A DNA stretch of 43,030 nucleotides from Candidatus Curtissbacteria bacterium RIFCSPLOWO2_02_FULL_40_11 (GTDB lineage: Bacteria; Patescibacteriota; Microgenomatia; Curtissbacterales; GWA2-41-24): positions 862-43,891 of the forward strand of contig MFBV01000001.1 of NCBI GenBank assembly GCA_001776505.1, in the 5' to 3' direction. Shown here one piece after another: positions 7,742 through 16,078 of this stretch (its first letter is position 1; each line of letters opens with the position of its first letter). The position numbers and the translations under genes were made by a program. The notes below the pieces were generated by a model. That model did no database searches and was not told the origin of the DNA. It saw only the letters and a program-made list of their open reading frames with translations.

Positions 7742-9166
7742 ATGGCTGATTATGTTACAACTCCTAAAACGAGTGACACTATAAAATCTCTTTGGAAATT
7801 AGAAAAAATTATACTCAATACCTTGGATTTCAAAGAGGTAGTGCAAAAGATATGCGACAGCATGCTCTCCGAGCTAGGTTACCTTAAATTAGGATACAGA
7901 ATTATAGTACTAACACTTGCGGACGAGAAAAAAGGTGTATTAAGAAGGATTTCACTTTCGCAAACTCCCGAAGCAGCCAAAGCTCAGGCAGCGTCGGCAA
8001 TTCCATTTCACGACATAGAAATCCCGCTTAACGCTCAAAAAAATCTTCTTATTCAAACACTTCACGAAAGGAAACCGCACTCTACGCATTATTGGCCTGA
8101 TATATTCACACCTGTTTTAACGCCTGAACAGGCAATTGCAAATCAAAAAGCTTCTGGGATTAAAACAAGCATGCTTTATCCGGTGACAATTCAAGATAAG
8201 ACTTTGGGTGTTCTTATTTTTAGCATGGTAAAGAACTTAGAGGAGGTATCAGAAGCAGAAGAAGACTTAATTCGTGGTTTCACAGATGTAGTAGGGTTAG
8301 CCGTGCAGAATGCAAAGCTATATACAACCTTATCGGAGACTACACAAAAGCTTGATAAAGCCAATAAAAGACTTCAGGAGTTGGATAAATTAAAAGACGA
8401 TTTCGTTTCGATGGCTTCGCATGAACTGCGGACTCCCATGACTGCCATCAAAAGTTACCTCTGGATGGCGCTCAATAAGAAAAAGGCAGAGTTATCTGAA
8501 GATTTAAACAGGTACTTAGGTAGAGCTTATCATTCAACAGAAAGGCTAATTTCGCTCGTCAACGACATGTTAAATATCTCCAGGATAGAAAGTGGCCGAA
8601 TCGCCTTGAAACTTGGCGAAGTTGACCCTGTGGAATTAGTCCATGAAGTAGTCGAGGAAGTTATTCCCAAAGCAACAGAACTTCAATTGAACGTTAAAGT
8701 TATAGAGAGGAAAGTCTCTAAAGTCCTAATAGACAAAGACAAAATCCACGAGGTGGTTATTAACTTAATCGGCAATTCCCTTAAGTTTACAAAACCGGGA
8801 GGGACTGTCTCTGTAACTTTCGACGAAAAACCGCCTTTTGTTTATATTTCGGTAACCGACACCGGTGTTGGTATGGCCAAAGAAGATATGCAAAAATTAT
8901 TTAAAAAGTTCAGTATGATCGAGCACTCCTATACGGCGGCTTCAACTTCCGGCGGCACCGGCTTGGGCCTTTATATTTCCAAATCGATTGTGACTCTTCA
9001 CAAAGGAGATATAACTGCTTACAGCCCCGGACTGGAAAAGGGTTCAACTTTCACCGTCAGCCTGCCGATTACAGGCACCAGTACTGCGCTGGAACTTCAA
9101 AAAGAAGCGCCCAAAGTTACCGAAGATTCTAAAGGACTGGAGAAAAAAAGGTTGGGCTATATTTGA
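7742..9166 (+). CDS. Cytoplasmic GAF-domain sensor histidine kinase
   Basis: The ORF is open from TTG 7706 and the first ATG is at 7742. H-box SHELRTPMTAI, N-box NLIGNSLKFT, G1 DTGVGM, G2 GGTGLGLYISK. GAF-like N-terminal half, no TM. Confidence 0.9.
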   Translation: MADYVTTPKTSDTIKSLWKLEKIILNTLDFKEVVQKICDSMLSELGYLKLGYRIIVLTLADEKKGVLRRISLSQTPEAAKAQAASAIPFHDIEIPLNAQKNLLIQTLHERKPHSTHYWPDIFTPVLTPEQAIANQKASGIKTSMLYPVTIQDKTLGVLIFSMVKNLEEVSEAEEDLIRGFTDVVGLAVQNAKLYTTLSETTQKLDKANKRLQELDKLKDDFVSMASHELRTPMTAIKSYLWMALNKKKAELSEDLNRYLGRAYHSTERLISLVNDMLNISRIESGRIALKLGEVDPVELVHEVVEEVIPKATELQLNVKVIERKVSKVLIDKDKIHEVVINLIGNSLKFTKPGGTVSVTFDEKPPFVYISVTDTGVGMAKEDMQKLFKKFSMIEHSYTAASTSGGTGLGLYISKSIVTLHKGDITAYSPGLEKGSTFTVSLPITGTSTALELQKEAPKVTEDSKGLEKKRLGYI

Positions 9167-9182
9167 CTGTGTCTAACTGGGT

Positions 9183-9211
9183 TTGACATCAAAGGCCAAT
9201 CGCTGTTAAAT
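9183..9211 (+). promoter_or_regulatory. Promoter TTGACA-17-TTAAAT upstream of the response regulator gene
   Basis: TTGACA at 9183-9188, TTAAAT at 9206-9211, ATG at 9230. Confidence 0.4.
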
Positions 9212-9229
9212 CAAATAGGCAAGATCACT

Positions 9230-9643
9230 ATGGACAAAAAAAGGATTTTACTGGTCGAAGACGATCAATACACAAGAGAACTATATCAGGAAGTAATTAA
9301 AGATGAAGGTTATTTTCTCGACAGCGTTACAAATGGTGAAGAAGGTTTAGAAAAAATTAAAAAAGGGGGCTACAATCTGATTCTCCTGGATATAATGATG
9401 CCCAAAATGAGCGGTCTTGAAGTTTTAAGGTCTATTAAAAACGAACCACCCAAAATACCAAACGGCCCAATAGTAATTTTAACTAACCTCACAAACGATC
9501 CTATTTTAAACGAAGCTTATGGGCTTAATGCCAGGGATTTTGTAGTTAAATCGGATATAACGCCCGGAGAATTAATAGAAAAGATTAAAGGATATTTAGA
9601 AGAATCCGGTAACAAAGAAAAAACAAAACAAGAGCAAAAGTAG
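9230..9643 (+). CDS. Stand-alone receiver (CheY-like) response regulator
   Basis: 137 aa. ILLVEDD acidic pocket, LLDIMMP phospho-acceptor Asp, conserved Lys in FVVKSD. No output domain. Confidence 0.9.
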   Translation: MDKKRILLVEDDQYTRELYQEVIKDEGYFLDSVTNGEEGLEKIKKGGYNLILLDIMMPKMSGLEVLRSIKNEPPKIPNGPIVILTNLTNDPILNEAYGLNARDFVVKSDITPGELIEKIKGYLEESGNKEKTKQEQK

Positions 9644-9653
9644 AAGCTTAACC

Positions 9654-10112
9654 CTACTTATTTACCCAACTGCTGTCATCGCCGGTGATATTTTCGAGAA
9701 GTATTACTACAGCAGGCACAGTCAAGCTTTTTTTAAAAATATTAACGGGAGAAACAAAAACTCTAATTTTTTTACCATTTACGCTAACGTCTTTCGGGCC
9801 AATTCGAATCCTTTCCCTAAAACAATTATCTATATCTTTCATAAGATCATATTTGCCCTTAAATAGCTCTTGGAGTTTTTCAACATTCCAACCGCCATGA
9901 TCAATAGGTCCCAAAATTTCATCCACAGTAATATTTTTAAAGGTAATTTGCTTGTAATCATCAATCATCATAAAACCTATCGCGAGATTTTCAAGCGCAG
10001 ATCTAAAGTATGTTTTCTCTCTCTCGATTTCTAAGTAACCTTTACTTATTTGAGCCTTTGCATGCTCTAAAGTTTCTATGCGTTTTTTCAAGGTACCGGA
10101 TTTATCAGCCAT
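9654..10112 (-). CDS. PAS-like sensory domain protein with N-terminal coiled coil
   Basis: 152 aa. LENLAIGFMMIDDYKQITFKNITVDEILG resembles the start of a PAS fold. No effector domain. Confidence 0.5.
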   Translation of the reverse strand: MADKSGTLKKRIETLEHAKAQISKGYLEIEREKTYFRSALENLAIGFMMIDDYKQITFKNITVDEILGPIDHGGWNVEKLQELFKGKYDLMKDIDNCFRERIRIGPKDVSVNGKKIRVFVSPVNIFKKSLTVPAVVILLENITGDDSSWVNK

Positions 10113-10151
10113 TTATTTAATTGAAGCTAAACAGAAGCAAACTGTCAAATC

Positions 10152-10484
10152 ATGTTCATTGCAAATGTGTTAATATACGCACAGATGGAAGCCTTTTTCT
10201 ATGATTATATTTATAAGTATTTAAACCCGGAAACACTTGGAGGGTTGGCAGTTATTGTAGTTTTATCTATTTGGGGTTTAGTTTGGAAGAGTTTAGCTTT
10301 TTGGAAATCGGCCCGCAATAATGAAAGATCATGGTTTATAGCATTTATAGTACTTCAAACAGCTGGAATTCTCGAAATTCTGTATTTATTCAAATTTTCA
10401 AAAGACAAATTAACACTTGAAAAAGTTCAATCCAATATTAAATCGTATAAGATAGAAGATCCGCGCAAATTACTAAAAAAATAA
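10152..10484 (+). CDS. DUF5652-like small membrane protein
   Basis: WKSLAFWKSARNNERSWFIAFIVLQTAGILEILYLF matches the DUF5652 core as I recall it. The true start may be the internal ATG at 10185. Confidence 0.6.
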   Translation: MFIANVLIYAQMEAFFYDYIYKYLNPETLGGLAVIVVLSIWGLVWKSLAFWKSARNNERSWFIAFIVLQTAGILEILYLFKFSKDKLTLEKVQSNIKSYKIEDPRKLLKK

Positions 10485-10535
10485 GCCTATAGGTTGTATT
10501 CTGTTTGATTATTTGCTAAAATACTAATCTCCATC

Positions 10536-10567
10536 AGCCATTTGCTATTAAACCAGATGGCTTTTTT
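10536..10567 (+). terminator. Putative intrinsic terminator
   Basis: AGCCAT (10536-10541) pairs with ATGGCT (10557-10562) and is followed by a T-run. The loop is long (15 nt), so this is a weak call. Confidence 0.4.
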
Positions 10568-10603
10568 AAAGGCCGATTTTTGGTGCTAAAATTAGCTCTA
10601 TAT

Positions 10604-11794
10604 ATGTGGCAAAAAATTAAAAATATATATCACTATTTTCAGGCCCTATCTGCGGCGCTGTATTTCCGCTTTCCGTCTAAAAAACTTATTGTAATAGGCA
10701 TAACAGGTACAGATGGGAAAACAACAACAGTAAACATGCTTCATCACGTATTGAGTTTAAATAACAAAAAAGTTTCCTCGATTTCGTCAATTAGTGCAAA
10801 AATCGCAGACAAATCATTTGATACTGGATTCCATGTAACTACCCCAAGTCCATGGCAAATTCAAAAATATCTAAGAAACGCCCTCAACTCCAGATCACAA
10901 TATTTCATTTTAGAAGCAACCTCCCATGGTCTTGATCAAAACCGACTTGCGTTCATCGATTTCGAAGTTGCTGCTATAACAAACATATCTCACGAGCATT
11001 TCGACTATCACAAAAGCATGAAAAATTACTTAGCTAGTAAGGCTAAATTGTTTAAAAACGTTAAATATTCGGTTCTTAATGCAGATGACGAGAGCTATAA
11101 AGATTTAAAAAACAAAGCGAGCGGAGAAATACTCAACTACAGTTTACAAAAGAACGTAGATTTTAATTTGAAAGAATATCCGATTAACCTAAAAATTCCC
11201 GGGGAATTTAATTTAAAGAATGCTTTGGCAGCATTGGCAATTTCTTCGGCGTTGGGGATTAGCAAATCTAGAACCCTCAAAGCCATTACTAGTTACAAAG
11301 GGATAGTGGGGAGACTTGAAGATTTAGACTTTGGTCAAAACTTTGATGTTTATGTGGATTTTGCACATACCCCCGTAAGTCTCAAAGAATCTCTACAAAC
11401 TTTAAAAGAAAAAACTAGAGGAAGATTAATAGCAGTTTTTGGTTCAGCAGGAAAAAGAGACGAGTCCAAACGTCCTTTAATGGGTAAAGTTGCATCATCA
11501 CTTGCTGATATATCAATTCTTACTGCAGAAGATCCAAGAGATGAGGATGTAAATAAGATATGTAACCAAATCGCCAAAGGTTTTAAATCAAATAGGAAAA
11601 AAGAAAATGAAGATTTTTTTATCATCCCTGACAGAAAAAAGGCTATTAAATTCGCGGTAGATTTGGCAAGAAGCAATGATACGGTTAGTCTTTTTGGTAA
11701 AGGTCACGAAAAGAGTATGAATATAAAAGGCAAGGAATTTCCCTGGAATGAGATAAACGTAGCTAAATGGGCGATAAATCAAAAACTAAAATGA
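10604..11794 (+). CDS. murE: UDP-MurNAc-L-Ala-D-Glu:diamino-acid ligase MurE, lacking the usual N-terminal domain
   Basis: The ORF is open from TTG 10580 and the first ATG is at 10604. P-loop GITGTDGKTTT sits only ~32 aa from the start. EATSHGLDQNR, NISHEHFDYH, DFAHTP and GSAGKRDESKRPLMG...AEDPRDE are MurE blocks. Confidence 0.8.
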   Translation: MWQKIKNIYHYFQALSAALYFRFPSKKLIVIGITGTDGKTTTVNMLHHVLSLNNKKVSSISSISAKIADKSFDTGFHVTTPSPWQIQKYLRNALNSRSQYFILEATSHGLDQNRLAFIDFEVAAITNISHEHFDYHKSMKNYLASKAKLFKNVKYSVLNADDESYKDLKNKASGEILNYSLQKNVDFNLKEYPINLKIPGEFNLKNALAALAISSALGISKSRTLKAITSYKGIVGRLEDLDFGQNFDVYVDFAHTPVSLKESLQTLKEKTRGRLIAVFGSAGKRDESKRPLMGKVASSLADISILTAEDPRDEDVNKICNQIAKGFKSNRKKENEDFFIIPDRKKAIKFAVDLARSNDTVSLFGKGHEKSMNIKGKEFPWNEINVAKWAINQKLK

Positions 11795-13791
11795 AAAGTG
11801 TTGCTGCGATAGTTTTAGCAGGTGGGATTGGAAAGAGGATGAAATCAAAAACATCCAAAGTTCTTCACGAAATCAAAGGTAAACCAATGATACTGCGCAC
11901 TATTCACAATCTTAAAGCTGCAAATGTCGACGATATTATTGTTGTTGCTAATCCCGCTAATATTAATGAACTTAACAAGGTATTGCCAAATAATATCCGC
12001 TCAACTATTCAAAAAAACCCAAAAGGCACAGGTGATGCAACTGAAACAGGTTTAACAAAGATAAAAAAAGACACAGGTACGTTACTTGTAGTTAATGGAG
12101 ATGATAGCGCCTTTTATAAACCGGAAACCATTAAACGAGTAATAAAACAACACATAGAAACAAATAGTATTCAAACTTTCTTAACGGTAAAGGTTGCAAA
12201 TCCGGCAGGGCTTGGCAGAGTTCTGAAAAAAAATGGTCAAGTCTTAGCAATCATTGAAGAAAAAGAGGCAACACAAGCCCAAAAGAAAATAAAAGAGATT
12301 AATGCTGGATTTTATGTTTTTAAAACAGAATGGTTGAGAGAAAATATCTCAAAGATTGATGCGTCCCCTGCTACCGGTGAAAAATACGTGGTAAATCTTG
12401 TTAGTATTGCAACTAGGGGCGGCCAAAGAGTAAATGCTTATTTAGTCAAGGATGAACATGAATGGTATGGGATAAATACAAAAGCCGATCTTCAAGTAGC
12501 AAACGAGAAGTTTGCTAAAAAAATTCATATCATGGGTATGGCGGGAGCAGGAGCTTCGGCCGTTGCTCATATTGCTAAAGAGTCTGGATTTGACGTTTCA
12601 GGATGTGATTTAACCCCAAATTCCTCTTATGTAAAAAGTTCAAAACTGAAAATAGCGAATGGTCACGGTGCAGCGCATGTTCATAATATTGCTATGTTAA
12701 TTGTTTCTCCTGCCGTTGTTAAAAATAACCCTAACAGTGAAGAGCTAAAAGAAGCGAAAAAACATGATATTCCAACTTTAACTTGGCAGGAGTTTCAAGG
12801 TAAGTTTTTGCAAAAAAATAAATTTGTGATTTCTGTTGCGGGCGGTTATGGCAAATCCACAACAACGGCAATGATATCTCAAATTATGATCAGTGAAGGG
12901 CTAGATCCAACTTGTGAAGTAGGTGCTGTTGTTAAAGATTGGGGAACAAATTACAAAGTAGGAAAGTCAATATATTATATTAATGAAGCAGATGAATACG
13001 CTGACAATTTCTTAAATTACAATCCGGATATAGCAGTTATCTTAAATATTGCATGGGATCACCCTGATTATTTCAAAAACCGAGAAATGCTCCAAAAATC
13101 GTATCAGAAATTTATTAACAATATTAAAAAAGACGGCTATCTAATCATTGGTCGTGATGAAAACTTATACGATTTAGCAAAATCAGCAAGAAAAGATATA
13201 AAAGTCGTAAAAATAGAGGATTTTAATCAAGAAAAATTGTCAATAATAGGGGATTTTAGAATAATAAATGCCAATGCTGCTTTAACAGTTGCTAAACTTT
13301 TAAAACTGGACATAAACAGAGCCAAAAAATCCGTCCAAAATTTCAAAGGAGTTGCCAGAAGACTGGAGTTAAAAGGAGAAGTAAATGGTGCGGTAGTATA
13401 CGACGATTATGCCGTTCAGCCTTTTACAGTGTTAACAACAGCAAATGCCCTAAAGGATAAATTTAAAGACAAAAAAGTAGTTTTAGTTTTAGAACCACAT
13501 ACTTTTTCCAGAATCAATACCTTTTATGCTGATTTCATTTCAGCTCTCAAAAAAACAAATGTTGAATCAATTTTAGTAACTAATGTATTTGCGGCCAGAG
13601 AAAAAGGCGATATTAAACAACTTTCCAAAAAACTTGCTAGGTCAGTTGGCAAAAAAGCGACATATTCAGGATCAATTAAAGAATCTGCTAATTACCTTCA
13701 GGAAAACAATAAAAATTTCGATATTATTCTCTCCATGGGCGCAGGGGATATTTACAAACTGTACGACATCATGAAATCAAGGAACCTATAA
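11791..13791 (+). CDS. murC: Fusion protein: GlmU-type N-terminal sugar-1-P uridylyltransferase domain + UDP-MurNAc:L-alanine ligase MurC
   Basis: ATG 11791 forms an ATGA overlap with the murE stop (the ORF is open from 11767). The N-terminal ~250 aa carry AIVLAGGIGKRMKS..KVLHEI.GKPM, GTGDA, IIEEKEATQAQKKIKEINAG and GEKYV, the GlmU pyrophosphorylase pattern, with no left-handed beta-helix. The C-terminal part has IHIMGMAGAGASAVA, VAGGYGKSTTTAM and NEADEYA, which are MurC blocks. Confidence 0.85.
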   Translation: MKSVAAIVLAGGIGKRMKSKTSKVLHEIKGKPMILRTIHNLKAANVDDIIVVANPANINELNKVLPNNIRSTIQKNPKGTGDATETGLTKIKKDTGTLLVVNGDDSAFYKPETIKRVIKQHIETNSIQTFLTVKVANPAGLGRVLKKNGQVLAIIEEKEATQAQKKIKEINAGFYVFKTEWLRENISKIDASPATGEKYVVNLVSIATRGGQRVNAYLVKDEHEWYGINTKADLQVANEKFAKKIHIMGMAGAGASAVAHIAKESGFDVSGCDLTPNSSYVKSSKLKIANGHGAAHVHNIAMLIVSPAVVKNNPNSEELKEAKKHDIPTLTWQEFQGKFLQKNKFVISVAGGYGKSTTTAMISQIMISEGLDPTCEVGAVVKDWGTNYKVGKSIYYINEADEYADNFLNYNPDIAVILNIAWDHPDYFKNREMLQKSYQKFINNIKKDGYLIIGRDENLYDLAKSARKDIKVVKIEDFNQEKLSIIGDFRIINANAALTVAKLLKLDINRAKKSVQNFKGVARRLELKGEVNGAVVYDDYAVQPFTVLTTANALKDKFKDKKVVLVLEPHTFSRINTFYADFISALKKTNVESILVTNVFAAREKGDIKQLSKKLARSVGKKATYSGSIKESANYLQENNKNFDIILSMGAGDIYKLYDIMKSRNL

Positions 13792-13830
13792 TAAGAACTG
13801 ACCCTTAAAAAGGTTTTTGGAATAACCTAA

Positions 13831-14832
13831 ATGAGCAAAACTGAAGAAATTAAAAGTATTTTGGGGCCACTGAGGGTTTTTGAAAACGAGTCGCTTTCTA
13901 AACACACATACTTCGAAATTGGCGGCCCTGCCAAAGTTTTTTTTGAAGCTAAAAGTATAGAAGATTTAAAGCTTGCTTTAAAAGCAGCTAAAAAAGTAAA
14001 AATCCCCGTTGTTGTTATTGGTGGCGGTGCAAATGTTTTAGTTTCTGATAGTGGTTTTGATGGCCTTGTGATTAAGAATAGAGCAACAGGAGTTAAGTTG
14101 GTTGGCTTGAAAGGAACTTACAGTAAGCATGGCAGAGGGATAAAGACTGCATTTGTTTATGCAGCATCCGGAACATTAATGAATCAACTCGCTCGTTTCA
14201 CCCTGGATCAAGGTTTAGCGGGGCTTGAGTTTTTACTCTCTGTTCCAGGAACAGTTGGTGGAGGTATTAAGATAAATGCCCATTTCGAAGTAGAACAAGG
14301 CGAGTTTTTAGGTCGTCGTTTAGCGTCAGCCACACTATTTAATCCAAAAACAGCAGAAATAACAGAAGTTGACCAAAAGTATTTCAACTTCTCCTATGAC
14401 CACTCAAAAATTCAAGAGACTGGCGAAATTGTTTTAGATGCCATTTTTAAACTAGGTAAATCCCCGGATCCTGTAAATCTTTGGCAGAAGGCACTTGCTA
14501 ATGTTAAAAGACGCAACGAAGAACAACCCATTGGAACTGCTTGCTCAGGATGTGTATTTAGAAATATTGATGCAGGCGATGCAAACAGACTAGCAACACC
14601 AAATCTTACAACATCGGCTGGTTTCATAATTGATAGCTTGGGTCTCAAAGGCACAAAAATTGGAGGAGCGGAGATTTCCAATCATCACGCAAATTTCATA
14701 GTTAATAGGGGAAATGCTAGCGCAAACGACGTGATAAAATTAATCAATCTCGTCAAAGAAAAAACGAAAAATACTTACGGTATCGATCTTCATACGGAAA
14801 TATTTTTGATAGGAGATTTTAAAAATGTCTAA
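13831..14832 (+). CDS. murB: UDP-N-acetylenolpyruvoylglucosamine reductase MurB
   Basis: 333 aa. FEIGGPAK, VIGGGANVLVSD (FAD-binding), GLEFLLSVPGTVGG, GCVFRN. Confidence 0.9.
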   Translation: MSKTEEIKSILGPLRVFENESLSKHTYFEIGGPAKVFFEAKSIEDLKLALKAAKKVKIPVVVIGGGANVLVSDSGFDGLVIKNRATGVKLVGLKGTYSKHGRGIKTAFVYAASGTLMNQLARFTLDQGLAGLEFLLSVPGTVGGGIKINAHFEVEQGEFLGRRLASATLFNPKTAEITEVDQKYFNFSYDHSKIQETGEIVLDAIFKLGKSPDPVNLWQKALANVKRRNEEQPIGTACSGCVFRNIDAGDANRLATPNLTTSAGFIIDSLGLKGTKIGGAEISNHHANFIVNRGNASANDVIKLINLVKEKTKNTYGIDLHTEIFLIGDFKNV

Positions 14833-16078
14833 ACTCGAAATATCAGGCGGAAAAAAGCTTTCTGGAAAAATAAAAGTAGCTGGTAATAAAAATTCTGTTT
14901 TGCCTATTATGGCAGCGTCATTGCTTTCAACCGAAACATCCACAATTGAGAATGCACCTCAAATTTCAGACGTAGATGTAATGGCAGATCTTTTGAAACT
15001 TTGTGGTGCAAAAGTAACTAGAGCAAATACTAAGATCACAATTAATCCTAAAAAAATTAAAGAAGTTGAGTTTCCAAGGAGTTTAACAGCAAAGCTTAGA
15101 GCATCGGTTGTACTTCTGGCACCTATCTTGTCTAGAGTTGGGAAGATAAGCATGGGTTATCCCGGAGGAGACATTATTGGCAGACGCTCACTTGATGCTC
15201 ACTTGCAAGTTCTCAAAAAGTTGGGTGCCAAAATAGAAATTGAAAATGATCATATTCTTGCCAGTGTTTCTGGATTAAAAGGAGCAGAAATTTTCCTTCA
15301 AGAAGCTTCTGTTACAGCTACAGAAAACGCTCTAATGGCTGCCAGTTTAGCAGAAGGAGAAACTATAATCAAAAGGGCCGCTATAGAGCCGCATGTAATT
15401 GATTTATGCTTGTTCTTAGTCAAGATGGGTGCTGACATTGAAGGTATAGGAACAAGCACTGTTGCAATCAGAGGAGTATCAAAGCTGTTCGGCGCAAATC
15501 ATGTTGTCAGGCCCGACCATATTGAGGTCGGCACTTTTGCAATCCTTGCAGCAATAGCTTCTAAAAAAATCGAAATATCACCAATAATTAAAGAAGATTT
15601 AGACATGATTCTCTTGAGTCTGAATAACTTCGGTGTCAGGTATAAATTAGAGAGAAACAAACTTATTGTTAATGGTTCAAAGCTTAAATCAGTAGAAAAA
15701 GTTGTTACAGATGTATGGCCGGGATTCCCGACAGATTTAATGGCACCTATGATTGTTCTTGCAACCCAAGCAGAAGGTATGACCATACTTCATGACTGGA
15801 TGTACGAATCGCGCATGTTCTTCGTGGACAAACTTCTTTCTATGAATGCTAAGGTTGAGATCGCCGACCCTCATCGCGTTTTTGTGTATGGACCGACAAA
15901 ACTTAGAGGACAAAGACTTGACACTCCGGATATTCGAGCGGGTATTGCTTTGGTTATCGCAGCCCTTGTTGCAAAGGGTAAAAGCACAATTGAGCGAGCG
16001 GAATTAATAGAAAGAGGTTATGAGAATATAGTCGAACGACTATCTGCCCTCGGCGCGCGTATTAAAAAAACTTCATAA
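14825..16078 (+). CDS. murA: UDP-N-acetylglucosamine 1-carboxyvinyltransferase MurA (Asp at the fosfomycin-target position)
   Basis: 417 aa. VAGNKNSVLPIMAA and YPGGDIIGRRSLDAH (GAC at 15170-15172 where E. coli has Cys115). 8-nt overlap with murB. Confidence 0.95.
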   Translation: MSKLEISGGKKLSGKIKVAGNKNSVLPIMAASLLSTETSTIENAPQISDVDVMADLLKLCGAKVTRANTKITINPKKIKEVEFPRSLTAKLRASVVLLAPILSRVGKISMGYPGGDIIGRRSLDAHLQVLKKLGAKIEIENDHILASVSGLKGAEIFLQEASVTATENALMAASLAEGETIIKRAAIEPHVIDLCLFLVKMGADIEGIGTSTVAIRGVSKLFGANHVVRPDHIEVGTFAILAAIASKKIEISPIIKEDLDMILLSLNNFGVRYKLERNKLIVNGSKLKSVEKVVTDVWPGFPTDLMAPMIVLATQAEGMTILHDWMYESRMFFVDKLLSMNAKVEIADPHRVFVYGPTKLRGQRLDTPDIRAGIALVIAALVAKGKSTIERAELIERGYENIVERLSALGARIKKTS

